Shown here one piece after another: positions 26,391-38,565 of a stretch of 64,000 nucleotides of DNA. The stretch covers positions 19,592,001 through 19,656,000 of the forward strand of contig NC_042997.1 of NCBI RefSeq assembly GCF_006345805.1, in the 5' to 3' direction. Origin of the DNA: Octopus sinensis. Taxonomy: Eukaryota. Position numbers and translations under genes: made by a program. How positions within the stretch are numbered: the stretch's first letter is position 1; every line of letters begins with the position of its first letter. The notes beneath the pieces were generated by a model that was given only the letters and a program-made list of their open reading frames with translations, had not been told where the DNA came from and made no database searches.

Positions 26391-27500
26391 TCTCAATGTA
26401 TTTCTACTCGCAACTATTACATCATAAAGTTAGACCAGTTTCTGTTTTCCAGGAAGAGTGATTAGAACAGCTGAATGCCTTAACCCTTTGGTTCTCAAAT
26501 TAATGACTAAAGTAAGAATTACGAAATTGCTCAGAAAGAACTATGAGTAGAGCTATCACAATTTCTATGAATGTCAAAAGAGTAACTGAGAAAAAAATAA
26601 TACTTGGGATTGTTTGCTGTATGAAACTTTAACAGTAAAGTAGATTCTCACAAACTTGATGTAGAGAGCCATGATATTTCAATTAATTAAAACTACAGCT
26701 GTTTGTGATGAAACACATTTGTTCAAGAGATTATTTCTGGTCATGAAAGGCAAAGGACACAACATATATTTCGAATTATTTAGATTTAAAGCAAAAAACT
26801 CATTTGTTAAATATTGAAAAATTAATCACAATAAATTACAAAAAATGCTTATAATGAACCCAGAACCATGTGGTTGGTAAGCAAGCTACTTACCACACAG
26901 CCACTCCTGCACCTATATGTAAAACATTTTATATCTGCATATATAAAACATTATATAAATATATATATATATAAAACATTTTGTTTATGTATATAAAACA
27001 TATTATATACATGTATATAATATATTTTATATATATATCTCTCTTTACTCTTTTATATATATGTATAATACATATGTATGTGTGTGTTTGCACCTCTGAT
27101 GTAGAAGAAACAAAACATGGGAGTTGTGTTCTTGTTAGTTATAATGTTATTTCCCTATAATTTAGGAAATTTGTGTATACTCAAAGAAAACTAAAGGATG
27201 CTTAATAGTTTTGTTTATCATTCTTTAAAATGGTAATAGGGTACTCCAATATTATAGCATATAATTTGGAAATTCCAGTAGTTAAAATTAAATAAAACAC
27301 TTATATAAGATCATACTAGAACTTGACAAAATAATTGAAACAACACTGCATTTTCCATTCCAAGATTTGGATGTTATCATTTAGAAATTCATGTAATCAT
27401 TAGGAGTTCTTTTGTTTAGAACAAAATAAAAAAAGTTTAAAAATAAGCCCTGACACTTTCCAGTTGTGAGAGGATGAGAATTCTTGACATTTTTAATCAA

Positions 27501-27532
27501 ATACTGAAAGGAATGTGTTTACAGCAGATCGA

Positions 27533-27568
<36 letters not shown>

Positions 27569-27661
27569 TATAATAATCATAATAATAATGATAATAATAG
27601 TTGTTGTTGTTGGATAGAAGTGGTGGCCCATACTGAAAGGAATGTGTTTACAGCAGATCGA

Positions 27662-27697
<36 letters not shown>

Positions 27698-27809
27698 TAT
27701 AATAATCATAATAATAATGATAATAATAGTTGTTGTTGTTGGATAGAAGTGGTGGCCCATACTGAAAGGAATGTGTTTACAGCAGATCAAACTAATAATA
27801 ATAATAATG

Positions 27810-27848
<39 letters not shown>

Positions 27849-27884
27849 GTTGTTGTTGTTGTTGTTGGATAGAAGAGGTGGCCC
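27501..27884. repeat. Three tandem ~129-bp units, each containing an (AAT)n/(GTT)n microsatellite
   Basis: Units start at 27501, 27630 and 27759 with atactgaaaggaatgtgtttacagcagatc and end ggatagaagtggtggccc. Units 1 and 2 look identical; unit 3 is diverged. Confidence 0.95.
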
Positions 27885-28279
27885 ATGAGAAACAGTTGTG
27901 TGAAAACTGATACATCGCTGTGTTTAGCTTGCAATTATGTAAATGCAATTTGCTATGCATCTCCAGTACATATTTTTGGACTGGAGCTTACAAAATTATT
28001 ATTATATTGGGTGTTATCTCACAGTATGATAGTGGCTTTATCTTTAACAAGTACTGAAATTTATAGGTGTTTAAAGTAGATCCACATTTTTCATATTTTT
28101 ATCGACATATAATTCTATATTTTTAGACATATGACCCACTTCAATTTCATGAACTGTAAATGAATACAGTGTCAGTCGCACGTACTTATTATCAAAAAGT
28201 TTGATATCTGAGAGTTGCACAATTGGAACAGTGTATATATTCCTTTATTCTTCTACCAGTTTCAGCTTAAAAGCTGCAG

Positions 28280-28990
28280 TCATGCTGAGACGCCAGCATT
28301 AGTTTTGCTACACTTTCATTACTTGACACTTCCTCTGATAAGTGGCCTTTAGTAAATGAGTGAGTTTGATGCTTTTTTTACCGTTATTTGCATTTCCTAC
28401 TATGAGGTCTGGTCATCTAGAACTCTTAACAGGACGTTATCTATCCAGTTTTACTTTGAAGACACCTACATCCATCCCATGTAGGTCTCTAAGGCTTCTT
28501 CGGAGCATACTGAAGAGCTGTGGGCCCTTGAAATCCAAGCAGTGGCACCATGTTCTGGTGTTTGTGTAACTTATAATGCCAAAGTTTGATTCAGGTCCTA
28601 GGATTTTCTTTCATTTCCTTGACAATTTCTTGTGTAGCTTATCATCTTTAGTTTTCACTCTTACATATTTGCAATATACATATTGTATTTATTTCCATAA
28701 AATATCGATTGCATCATTTCACAAGTTATTTTAAGGATATTTCATAATCTCTTTCAGCTCATGGTAACTTATAAGCAAATAATTTATCTTCATAGCCCTT
28801 TAAAGTATGTCAGAGTAGTTTATTTTCATTAATATGGCAATATGTAGTAGAACATAACCTGTCACTGAACCTATGTTATGTTTGTGCCATCTACTCTTTA
28901 TGTAAAACCTGTATTGTTGCCAGTATCTCCAGTGCCTATATATTTGCCAACTCAGTCCCACCTATTAATACATTCTGTGTTTCACCAAAT
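28280..28990 (-). mobile_element. Decayed R4/Dong-like (REL-endonuclease) non-LTR 3' fragment
   Basis: Minus strand GGTE..I..LEILA....H.....HRFSDRLCS..YCHI resembles the CCHC/RHD region preceding a REL domain; many frameshifts. Confidence 0.5.
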
Positions 28991-29479
28991 TTATGTGAAC
29001 TGAATAAATGGTCGATTTTCTCTTCATAACTACATACAGTTAATTGTCAATGATGGAATTATTGCTTTAACAGTTTGTCTGATACTACTATTATACAGTT
29101 GAGAAAGCATAGTTTAAAAAAGGCAGGAATATTAACTAATATAAGAAGTGAAGCAATATCCAGGACCTACTGATCAAATCTCAATTTAAATAGTCAATTT
29201 ACTAAGGATAGCAGATGAGTCTACACTAATTTGTACTCATCTTAAATGGAAAAAAGTCATAATGGATAAATTAGATACTGATACTTCTAGAAAGACAGAA
29301 TAGTTATGATTGAAATTTATTTGACTGTAGATCCGCTGGATCAGACTTTACCTGTGGTTGAACAAAAAGAAAACCATCAAAATAGAATATTTAGAAAATG
29401 AAGCCAAAAGATGATTGAGGAAAAGATGAGCATAAATAGGAAAGGTAATGCAAAACAGTTTTGCAATATATATATAAAA

Positions 29480-29700
29480 TGTAGGGGGCTGGCAGAATTG
29501 CTAGAATGCCGGGTGAATGCTTAGCAACATTTCATTCATCTTTACATCCCGAGTCCAAATTCTGTCAAGGTCAGCTTTGCCTTTCATACTTTCAACATCG
29601 GTAAGATAGGTACCAGTTGAGTACTGGGGTCGATGTAATCCACTGGACTCCTCTACCACAATTACTTACTTTGTGCCAAAATTTGAAACCAATATATAAA
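29480..29700 (+). mobile_element. SINE family D
   Basis: gctggcagaattg...tccgagtccaaattctgtcaaggtcagctttgcctttcatac...taccagttgagtactggggtcgatg. Confidence 0.8.
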
Positions 29701-29949
29701 TGCATACAGTTTACCCCATAACTTATGTGTTTAAAAAGCTGATCACTGAAAATGCATACACACAATATAGAAACTCTATTCAAATAGGTTAATACTTTCT
29801 CTCTAAAAGCACCTGTCTGACATACAATTACCACAGAATCATTTTCAGCTGGGTTGATCACAGTGTCATTATAGCAAAATGCAGAGAGTTTAGCAGGATT
29901 TATTTTCAGGCAGTGAGATCATTTCCATAATTCAACAGTTCCCCAAGAG

Positions 29950-30330
29950 AATTTACGGATTGGTAATAGTGCCCAGAACTATGAATTGGCATAAGCCAAT
30001 GTCCTGCTGGATTGTTGGCAGCTAAGGCTTGTAAAATTACCAGAACTGTAGAGATCAGGTGAATGGTCATGGCAGAATTGTTTGTTGTAGGATTTGCTCA
30101 AGCATTGAGATGGAAGAAATTTGTCAGGACAAGAAGTCAAGAGTATGAACCAGTGGTCTCTAGAGAGAAGGGAGCATTCAGTTTCAAAAAGAGTTAAATT
30201 AGAAGGTAAGATGATGACAGTTCTAAGGGAGGAGTTGTGGGGGAGATGCTAAAGAATTAGAAGGAGCAGGTTGTGAATCTGCCGAAAACTTAGTAGGGGC
30301 AGGAAAAGAAGAATGAGAGATGTTGAAAGA
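29950..30330 (-). mobile_element. Decayed Jockey-like LINE remnant (EN-RT linker)
   Basis: Degenerate similarity only, to ...KFW.L......PPL....KA..F...F-type linker sequence. Confidence 0.3.
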
Positions 30331-31759
30331 GGTATGGAAAAGGGAGACTAAAAGAAGTTAGAACACCTTGGTGTATGAGAGGAATAGAAATTGTTGGTGG
30401 TTGAAATGGGTTATGTCTTGGACAAGTGGTAGAGAGTAGGTGGAAGAAAAGAGAAGGTGGGTGTAGAGGAGAGAAAAATATGAATGTACAAGCATAAATC
30501 ACAATGCCAGTTTTTGGTTCAGTGATCCACCACTTTAATTATATGTGTGTTTGCATGTCAGTTTGTGTTTATGTTAGTGTGTGTATGTGTGTGTTTGTGT
30601 GTATGTATGTATGTATGTTTGTATGTATGTATGTATTTATGTATTTATGTATATGTAAAAATACACTTGCTTTCCTATTGTCAAAATAGTTTGAAAAGTT
30701 GCCAAAATTCTGAAAATATTGATATGAATGTTTTATATTAGATTCATTAGATTCATTTATAGCTGCAAATTATAATCACAAAATGCTAACAGTTTCAATT
30801 TTAAGCTAGTCTGAGCCAAGTTCAAAATTTTTTTTAACTGTGTGATGAAATCTAAAACACAATGCTATTTATTGGATCAATAATCCTCCACCTTAATTAT
30901 CCACAAAGTATATAATTCCCTAAATGCATATTTACAATAAGTGGTCTTTAAATGAATGTAAAACAAAAATAGAGAGAAGTGTAGTCACGTAGTTCATGCA
31001 TATTTTTCTTCATATTATCACTTCCTGGACAGAACAGAGAAAATATAGCTCTTTTCAATTACGGGTCAAGTGTCTTCTTACATCTTTGCATGTTTGCTTA
31101 GTGGTTTGATTGCTAACATTGGCAAGAATATGGAGCCTTAAATTCTGTTCAAGATTTCCACAGAGAATAAACATGGCCAGGATTGTCGTCTATACTCACC
31201 AAATAATAAGATATTGGACATCAACTAATTTTCCTTTACTTAAAAGATTTCTTTTAATCTACAATAGGATTTTTTTTTTTATTTTGGCGGTTTAATATTT
31301 AGAACATTATATTGACATTCAACCAATCAATGCTTAATTATCTTATGTTGATGACTCTTCATAATAACTTATTTTGTCCTTAGTTACATTACTCAGTGCT
31401 CCAGCCAGGTATTGGCTGAAACTAATTAAATAACTCTTTATCACTATATATACACTTTTATATGTTGAATGGACAATTCAATAACTAATAATATTTCAGC
31501 AAGTTATATTTCATACGCCTGCAACTTATACTAAACTGTTCCAATGAAAATAAACATGCTTGGAATTATTTTGCATATTTACAGAAGAAAGCATATTAAT
31601 CACAAATATTTTTCTTCTACATAAAAAGCACCCACTACACTCATGGCTACGCATTTCGCCCAGCGTGCTAACGTTTCTGCCAGCTCGCCTTTTTTTTTTT
31701 TTGCACTTCTAATACTATTTGACAGGTTTTCTGGGTTTTCCAGTTTAGTTGCCAATCAC

Positions 31760-32050
31760 CAAGCCATGTTATATTGTACCAGTAGCACTTAAGAATGATC
31801 TCCTATTGTATGACTCACCCTAACCCTTTCTTATACTCACCTACTTGTACCTTGAGAGTTTGCTCTGGTACCCCATCACTACCTTCCTTTTATCTCCCTC
31901 TTAATTACTCCCACCAACCCATATATGTAATGTTGGATAGCCATGTACCACCTCTATAGCAAAGTATCCATGCTTGTCTCTCTGTTATACTTTAGCCTTT
32001 CAACATCTGGCATAAAGTCACTTTCTTCTCTCAGATACTCCTCACTTGAT
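31760..32050 (-). mobile_element. Decayed RTE-like APE endonuclease fragment
   Basis: Minus strand ...EVVHG...IWVGGSN.EG.KG...ERVRV, similar to RTE APE (QEVRW...FW.GN.EG.GGVG...RVSDR). Confidence 0.35.
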
Positions 32051-32094
32051 AGTGGTGTTTTTTCCTTTTTCCCCCATCCTTGGACTTTTTCTCT

Positions 32095-32350
32095 ATTGCA
32101 AGTTACATGGCAACCTGCTATTGGGATCAAAAAACACATTCGGTACACTCAGTTTTATGGCTGGCTTTAGGAAGGGCATCAAGCTGTAGAAATTATGCCA
32201 AAACTGACACTGAATCTCAATGCTGTCTTGCAGCTCACTAGATCTCATCAAATTATCCAATTTATACCAGCATGGGAGGTAGACATTAAATGATGATGCT
32301 GCTGCTGCTGATGATGATGAAGATGATGATGATGATGAAGATGATGGTGA
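32095..32350 (+). mobile_element. RTE-tail repeat (family C)
   Basis: ttaggaagggcatcaagctgtagaaa...cagcatgggaggtagacattaaatgatgatg with a (GAT)n tail. Confidence 0.75.
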
Positions 32351-32500
32351 TGGTGAATGATGAAACATCATATATGTATGTGTGGGTCTATGTATGGGTG
32401 CATGTATGGCATATGTGTGTGTGTGCATATGTGCACATTCATATATGTGTGTGTGCATATGTGTGTGTTCATATATGTGTGTGCATATGTGTGTGTGCAT

Positions 32501-32537
<37 letters not shown>

Positions 32538-33189
32538 CGTTTATGTTTGTGTGTAACAGATACTTTGCATTTTAAACTGTAAGAGGAAATAACAACTACG
32601 AAATGCTCTCTCTCCCATATTAAAAGTTTAACAAAGTGATTGAGCTGTTACTATACTTCACTACAGGTTCATATAATGGTTTGTGTAAAAATTAGAAAAA
32701 CAAAAACATAAAGGAGAATACAGGGAGGGAGATAACCTTCTTATATATGTGCCTATTAACAATAATCAGCTTCTGCAGATCTATGACTTAAATCAATTAT
32801 CTTAAATAAGATGAATAAACTGTAAAATGAAGTAAGAAATTTTTAAAAATACACATTTAGACTATCTTAGTTTAAACTGTATTAGATTATCTGTTTTAAA
32901 TTGTTGAAAATATGTTTTCATTCAGTTGCGAACTGGAGATAATTTTGAAATCTTACACACACACACACACACACATGTATGTATATGCATACATATATAT
33001 GTTTATATATAAATGTATTTATATATATATCTTCTGGTTTATGTCTCTCTTTCTCATAAACTTCATAAATATGTGTGCATGTGTGTGTATGTGTGTGTAT
33101 GTGTCCACCCATGCTAGCATGGAAGGTAGATGTTAAACGCTGATGATGATAATGATGATACACACACTCATACACATATATATATAAAA

Positions 33190-33560
33190 TTGAAGTAATT
33201 GGAGTCAGGTGGAGGAAGTACAGTTGAACATTTGTTTATTTGCTACAATTGTTTCAGTGCAATGTAATTCTCCAACAATACAAGTACTTGATTATGCAGC
33301 TGCTTGTTTGCATAATGAGATCTAGTCGTGTTTCCTCAGTGTTGTCTCTGTTAGTTTAAAATTGTCGACTTCAAGGTCATCTCTGTTTGTAGTTGTTTGA
33401 ATTTAGTTGTGGCTGAAATGCCCAAGGTGTGAGCTGTAAGAGCATGTTTGTCCCACTGCTATGAAAGGTAGTAGAAAATGTACAGGCTAGCCTTTAAGTG
33501 GGGATTGTCTTCTATTTGGTTGTATTTCATATTTGTAATTCATGGTTGGCTACACATGTG
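33190..33560 (-). mobile_element. Possible decayed Penelope-like fragment (start of GIY-YIG region)
   Basis: Minus strand ...NKQMFNCTSST* resembles the F-T-C-T-S-S-N-L-I-Y motif preceding the PLE GIY-YIG; weak. Confidence 0.3.
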
Positions 33561-34902
33561 AATTTCCTACTCTGACCTTTAGTATTCATTGATTGGTACA
33601 TACACATATAAACACACAGAGACTCACACATACATTCCACCAGCTCTTACTGCATCTAACGTCAATGAGAACATCATATTTCATCCTTGCAAATGTAAAC
33701 TCACTAAGTGAATATGACTTAGGGTTCCTACAGAAACCTTCATTTACCTTATACAATGTTTAATGTCATTTCACATTCATGTTGAATTATGGAGCAATCT
33801 TATGTTCTCTTCATAGAACACTTGTAATGTATGTATTACTAGTTCTTTTGTTATAGTAGATTTTTGCTGTTCTTGTTATGTCTCCTCACAGACATGTATA
33901 TTCTAACAAGTCACTTCTTAAATTTCGCACCTCTCTTGTTCAATAAACACTCAGTTAAACTTGCAAAGCTGTTTATTTTCTCCTTTCGATTTTTAATGTT
34001 TATTTTAGCGGGTTACCAAACTCTCAGTTTAGTCTCCCAGCTAAAATGGTAATGATAAATTTTTAAGTTTGCTTGACATTTTATATGTGTGAAAGGGATT
34101 AACATTTCAATACTCTGTATCAAAGGTTCTGACAAGAATAGGCAGAAAATCAGAGCTTGAGACTAGAAGACAATTTCGACCAATTAGAATTCTGTTTACA
34201 TGATCAGTTTTATCGGTCACCTTCCTCTGTCGGTTGAGTAAAGTGTCATCCAAGCTTATGTTTATTGGTAATTAAACTTACTTTGCAACACTTCTGTGTA
34301 TTTATCAGCTTTGTTTTTGTTGATAAGAATTATCAACAACTTTTCCCATGATTGTGATTTGGGAAGACATAGAGAAGTATGCTAAAGATCGGACATAATC
34401 TCATGTGGGCAAGAAATGTAGAATAAAGTTTATTATACAAAGCACCGACATTTTGTAATTTAATAGCTTTCAATGGGATACCTGTTAAACAGAAATTATT
34501 TTTACTTAGTGAAGATTTAATTAAATCTAATCCTAAGTAAGTGAAATTATGCTATATACGACTAAACTGAAAACCTAACCTCCATGCCATATCTGCAATT
34601 CTGAAAACTTTTGGGTGCGAATTTTATATAAGTAGAAGCTTCTTTAACAATTTTTATCCTGAAAATCACTTGTGTAAATTAAACAGGTGTGCAAATTACA
34701 TGGATGTTTACGGTATATCACTTGGTGGATCTATAAACAATTGTATCTAGGCTTCTCAAGTAAATGTGCAAGTACTTTCAGAGATAATACTGGCATACTA
34801 AATGCACCCCACATATTAGTCAGTGCATTTTCACGTTTAAACACAAATACTTTAAAAAGATTGCATGATCTTTAACTTCCCTCTTTGTGAGATTTGACTT
34901 AC

Positions 34903-35096
34903 CACCAAATACGTTTGATAGTTATCTCTGTAACATCATTTGCTTTTTCTTCTTCTACCAAACATGCAATAAAGTGAGTACTACACCATTTAGGAAAAAT
35001 ATTTCCAAGTTCCTTCTTGGTGGTATCCTTCATGACTTCATAAGTTAGATTCCTATAAATAGCTTTAGCCAACTTTTCATATTCCTCCTTTTTGAG
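34903..35096 (-). CDS. Candidate internal coding exon (194 nt, phase 0 to phase 2) of an unidentified host gene
   Basis: Acceptor gatagcttttAG, donor TG|GTAAGT. Open reading LKKEEYEKLAKAIYRNLTYEVMKDTTKKELGNIFPKWCSTHFIACLVEEEKANDVTEITIKRIW, protein-like composition, no TE motif recognised. Confidence 0.55.
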
Positions 35097-36699
35097 CTAA
35101 AAGCTATCCACAAAAGCTGCCAAGATTTAGGTTTAAGGTCTACTTACACAGTTTATGGTCAAATCAATTCAAAATTTATTGACTTCTGATAAATGAATTC
35201 AAAACAAACACGAAATTTATTGATATGATGCTCAAATTTTTCTTAAGAACTAAAATTCTTAAATATCTTTCATATTCTCATCATGATGGAAAATCTTATC
35301 AAATTTAACTGTGTATGTATCTGTTTCAGACCAGTTTTGTACCATATTTGTGGCTCTTAGAATGCATGTACATAGGCTAGAATGTAAAGAAAAGAAAAAA
35401 AAACAGCAGGATTTTGGTCTCTTTTGGCATATCAGCATTAAGATCCCAAATATTCAAATCTTGTGACCATTTTATATAAGATTCCTTCTTAGACAGAGTC
35501 CTTAGTTGCTTCCAAAATTTTTCATTTGAAGAGCCTGGCGCAGCCTCCAGGCTTCCCAGACCCCAGTCGAACCGTCCAACCAATGCTAGCATGGAAAACG
35601 GACGTTAAATGATGATGATGATGATGGTAATTCTCAATTGTACCAGAGTAGGTTGTACAAGAATAATATTTTTCATCATACTGAGTTAAAGTAAATAGCT
35701 AATGCACTTCTCTGTTCTTAGTCATTGTAAAATAGTTACTAAATTCCAGTTGCCAAGAGAAAATAAATTGTACATCAAGAACAACTTTTTCTGAAATTAT
35801 TATAATTACAACATCAAGTGTAGTTAATACTACTGTTAACATGTGGCTGATGCTACAACTACTACATTAAGAATGTCACTTATTATTCCAATACGTCTAC
35901 CAAAACCAATAACATTATCATTTCTTCTACTAATACCTTCATTACTAATTCTACCTGTACTAACACTGCTACTATCACCCCTATTAATAATTCTTTTTAA
36001 TTTTGGCACAAGGCCGGTAATTTTAGTGGAGGAGATGTGTCAATTAAATCAACCGTGAAACTCAACTGATAATTATTTTATCATTCCCAAAGGATGAAAG
36101 ACAAAGGTGACCTTGGCATAATTTGAACTCAGAGTGTAAAGCTAGAAGAAATGCTGTTAACCATTTGGTGTGGCATGCAAACATTTCTGCGTGTTTGCTA
36201 CCTTATCACAACCATTAATAAGGACTCATACCCTGGCACAATACTAAATGTATTTAGAGAAGAGATATAGTCAATCAAATTTACATTAGTACATCAGTGG
36301 GGTCTAATTTACCAAAAATAATAGAGGGATGAAAGGCTAACATACCTTATTTAGTGAGTCAAAGAAATTTTATTTCATTATAGTAATGGCCTTAATGTTG
36401 AGAGAAAAAGTAAGTCATCATTTTAAGGAATGAATCAAGATATAAGGGTAAGCAATCTTGTAATTTAAACTGGAAGTTCAGTGTTCCAGCCATTCCATCA
36501 TCCTCACAATAATTCAAAAGCTGCTGTTACTACTACTGCTACTTTTTACACTTTAACAAATAAATAACTTGAAGCTATACAATTTCTCTTGAACACTCTT
36601 CTGATCCATACTTGTAAACCAATGTAAATGTTCTACATTAAAAGTATGATTTAAAATATTTCATAGGTTAAACTCTGGAAAGTCATTCTTTCATCACAT

Positions 36700-36900
36700 A
36701 ATTGCTGTCACTGGAAGAGACATGATTCTTATTTTATAGGTGGGGATCCATAAGCCATTTCTCAAATAACTGGTTCAATATTTTCATTGAACCTGCTTTG
36801 ATCATAATGATATATAGCTGATAACACAAATAAAGTTGGGGCCAGTAGGTGAAGGATTATTTGTAAGCATTCAATTTTAGTTACATTATTTCTAAATATA
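36700..36900 (+). mobile_element. Very old CR1/L2-like RT remnant
   Basis: GGDP...WFNIFIE...Y(A)DN.. in frameshifted order resembles QG...LFNIFIND...YADD. Confidence 0.3.
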
Positions 36901-37317
36901 TCATAGCGAAGCACAAATTCCATAAGCAGGTAATGAATTTACAGGCTTAGCTCAGTAGAATTTAAAATGACTATCCTAGATTTATTGATCTCAGATGCAA
37001 GCATTGAGTAAAATTTAGTTTATGGAACATTTTCCAACTCACTTTCATTTCTTAAATTTACATACTTTTCTAAAATGTTTCATCAGCATTTCTGATGGTG
37101 AATCCATTGCTTGATAGCATAATTCATGTATAGTGAATGCTTTTCTCTAAACCAGTGGAAATATGCAATAGCTGCTAAAATAAATAAAGCTTCTCCTTTT
37201 ATAATATTTGCTAAGGATGTCATGGAACTATAAAATATCACCTTTTAAAAGCTACCACCAACAACGAGCTATAATACATAGATGCGCCTTCTTATAAAAG
37301 CATTGACTAAGAACATA

Positions 37318-37585
37318 CACTCTTTTACTTGTTTCAGTCATTTGACTGTGGCCATGCTGGAGCACCACATTTAGTCGAGTAAATCAATCCCAGCACTTAT
37401 TCTTTGTAAGCCTAGTACTTATTCTGTCAGTCACCTTTGCCGAACCGCTAAGTTACGGGGATGCAAGCACACCAGCATCGGTTGTCAAGCGATGTTGCGG
37501 GGACAAACACAGACACACAAACATACACACACACATATATATACATATATACGACAGGCCTCTTACAGTTTCCGTCTACCACATC
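37318..37585 (-). mobile_element. SINE family B, 3' two-thirds
   Basis: cttgtttcagtcatttgactgtggccatgctggagcacc...gccgaaccgctaagttacgggg...ggttgtcaagcgatg. Confidence 0.9.
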
Positions 37586-37769
37586 CAATATATACATTTA
37601 AGTCCAATGCATTTATTTAAGTCCTTATAAGGTATAGAAGAAGCTTGTAAGTGATTGCTTGATTTGCAAAATAAAACAGCTAAATATCCTGAATATCATG
37701 TCCCCTTGTCCTTGTCTTACAAGGTGAAAGGCTACATTGGAAAGTGTAATTCTAGATACACTGTAAATT

Positions 37770-37912
37770 ATTTACATTTGATGGATATTTGTCCTCATCT
37801 TGTCTGTTGTTAACACAACGTTTTGGCTGATATACCCTCCAGCCTTCATCGAGTGTCTTGGGGAAATTTCGAACCTGGGTTCTCATTCCTAAGGTATTTT
37901 TTGATGTTGTTG

Positions 37913-37980
<68 letters not shown>

Positions 37981-37985
37981 TATTT
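37770..37985 (-). mobile_element. PLE-type terminal fragment carrying a mutated hammerhead (37812-37857), next to a (TTA)n tract
   Basis: Minus strand: gacac-tcgatga-a-ggctg[gagggtatat]cagcc-aaaa-cg-tt-gtgtt. Stems I and II are intact; the core has two lesions. Confidence 0.55.
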
Positions 37986-38325
37986 TTTATTCAGGTCACT
38001 GCCTGGAATCGAACTTGGATTAAAAGCAGTGTCTGAAAATAAGATGAAATAGTTCAAGCTGGAATATCTTTGACTATAAGTCTGCTTGATCAAGACTAAT
38101 TTGGGGGTAAGCAAAAGAGATAACTTTGACATTAGTCTCTGCTTCAATAAATCAATAATTTATGTTGTATGGTACTTGATATCTATATTGCCAAATACAT
38201 ACTCTGTGTTATTTCTCATAACTCATGTTCTATTAAATTAAACTGATTACCTCAGCTATAAATATGTTCTGCTCTCTTTTTATATATGTCTAAATCCCTT
38301 CTGGTGGTAAAGTAGTATAAATTCC

Positions 38326-38365
38326 ATGCTGATGATATCTATTGAGGCAGAAACACATGTTCATT
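38326..38365 (+). ncRNA. Degenerate type I hammerhead-like motif
   Basis: atg-CTGATGA-tatct[attg]aggca-GAAA-cacatg-tt-cat. Core intact; stem II has one mismatch and stem I is only 3 bp. Confidence 0.35.
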
Positions 38366-38409
38366 ACTGCATCAAGACAATAAGCCTGTCTTGTTTCCTT
38401 AATGACTTT

Positions 38410-38565
38410 GAAATACAGGTACTACTAATTTTTGCCAGCTGAGTGAACTGGAACAGTGTGAAATAAAGTGTCCTGCTCAAGGACACAATGTGTCACCAGG
38501 AATTGAACTCATGACCTTACAATCAAGAGCCAAATACCCTAACCACTAAGCCATACACCTCCACT
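38410..38565 (-). mobile_element. tRNA-derived SINE head (family A-like)
   Basis: Minus strand gtggaggtgtatggcttagtggttagggtatttggctc...gagttcaattcctgg carries A and B boxes. Confidence 0.8.

Noticed and set aside
27501-27884. Repeat-spacer-like periodicity (CRISPR-like)
   Set aside because: The spacers are identical microsatellites, the context is eukaryotic, and there are no cas genes.
28505-28550. CTGAAGA...GAAA spacing resembling a hammerhead
   Set aside because: There is no stem II pairing, and it lies inside a decayed retrotransposon ORF.
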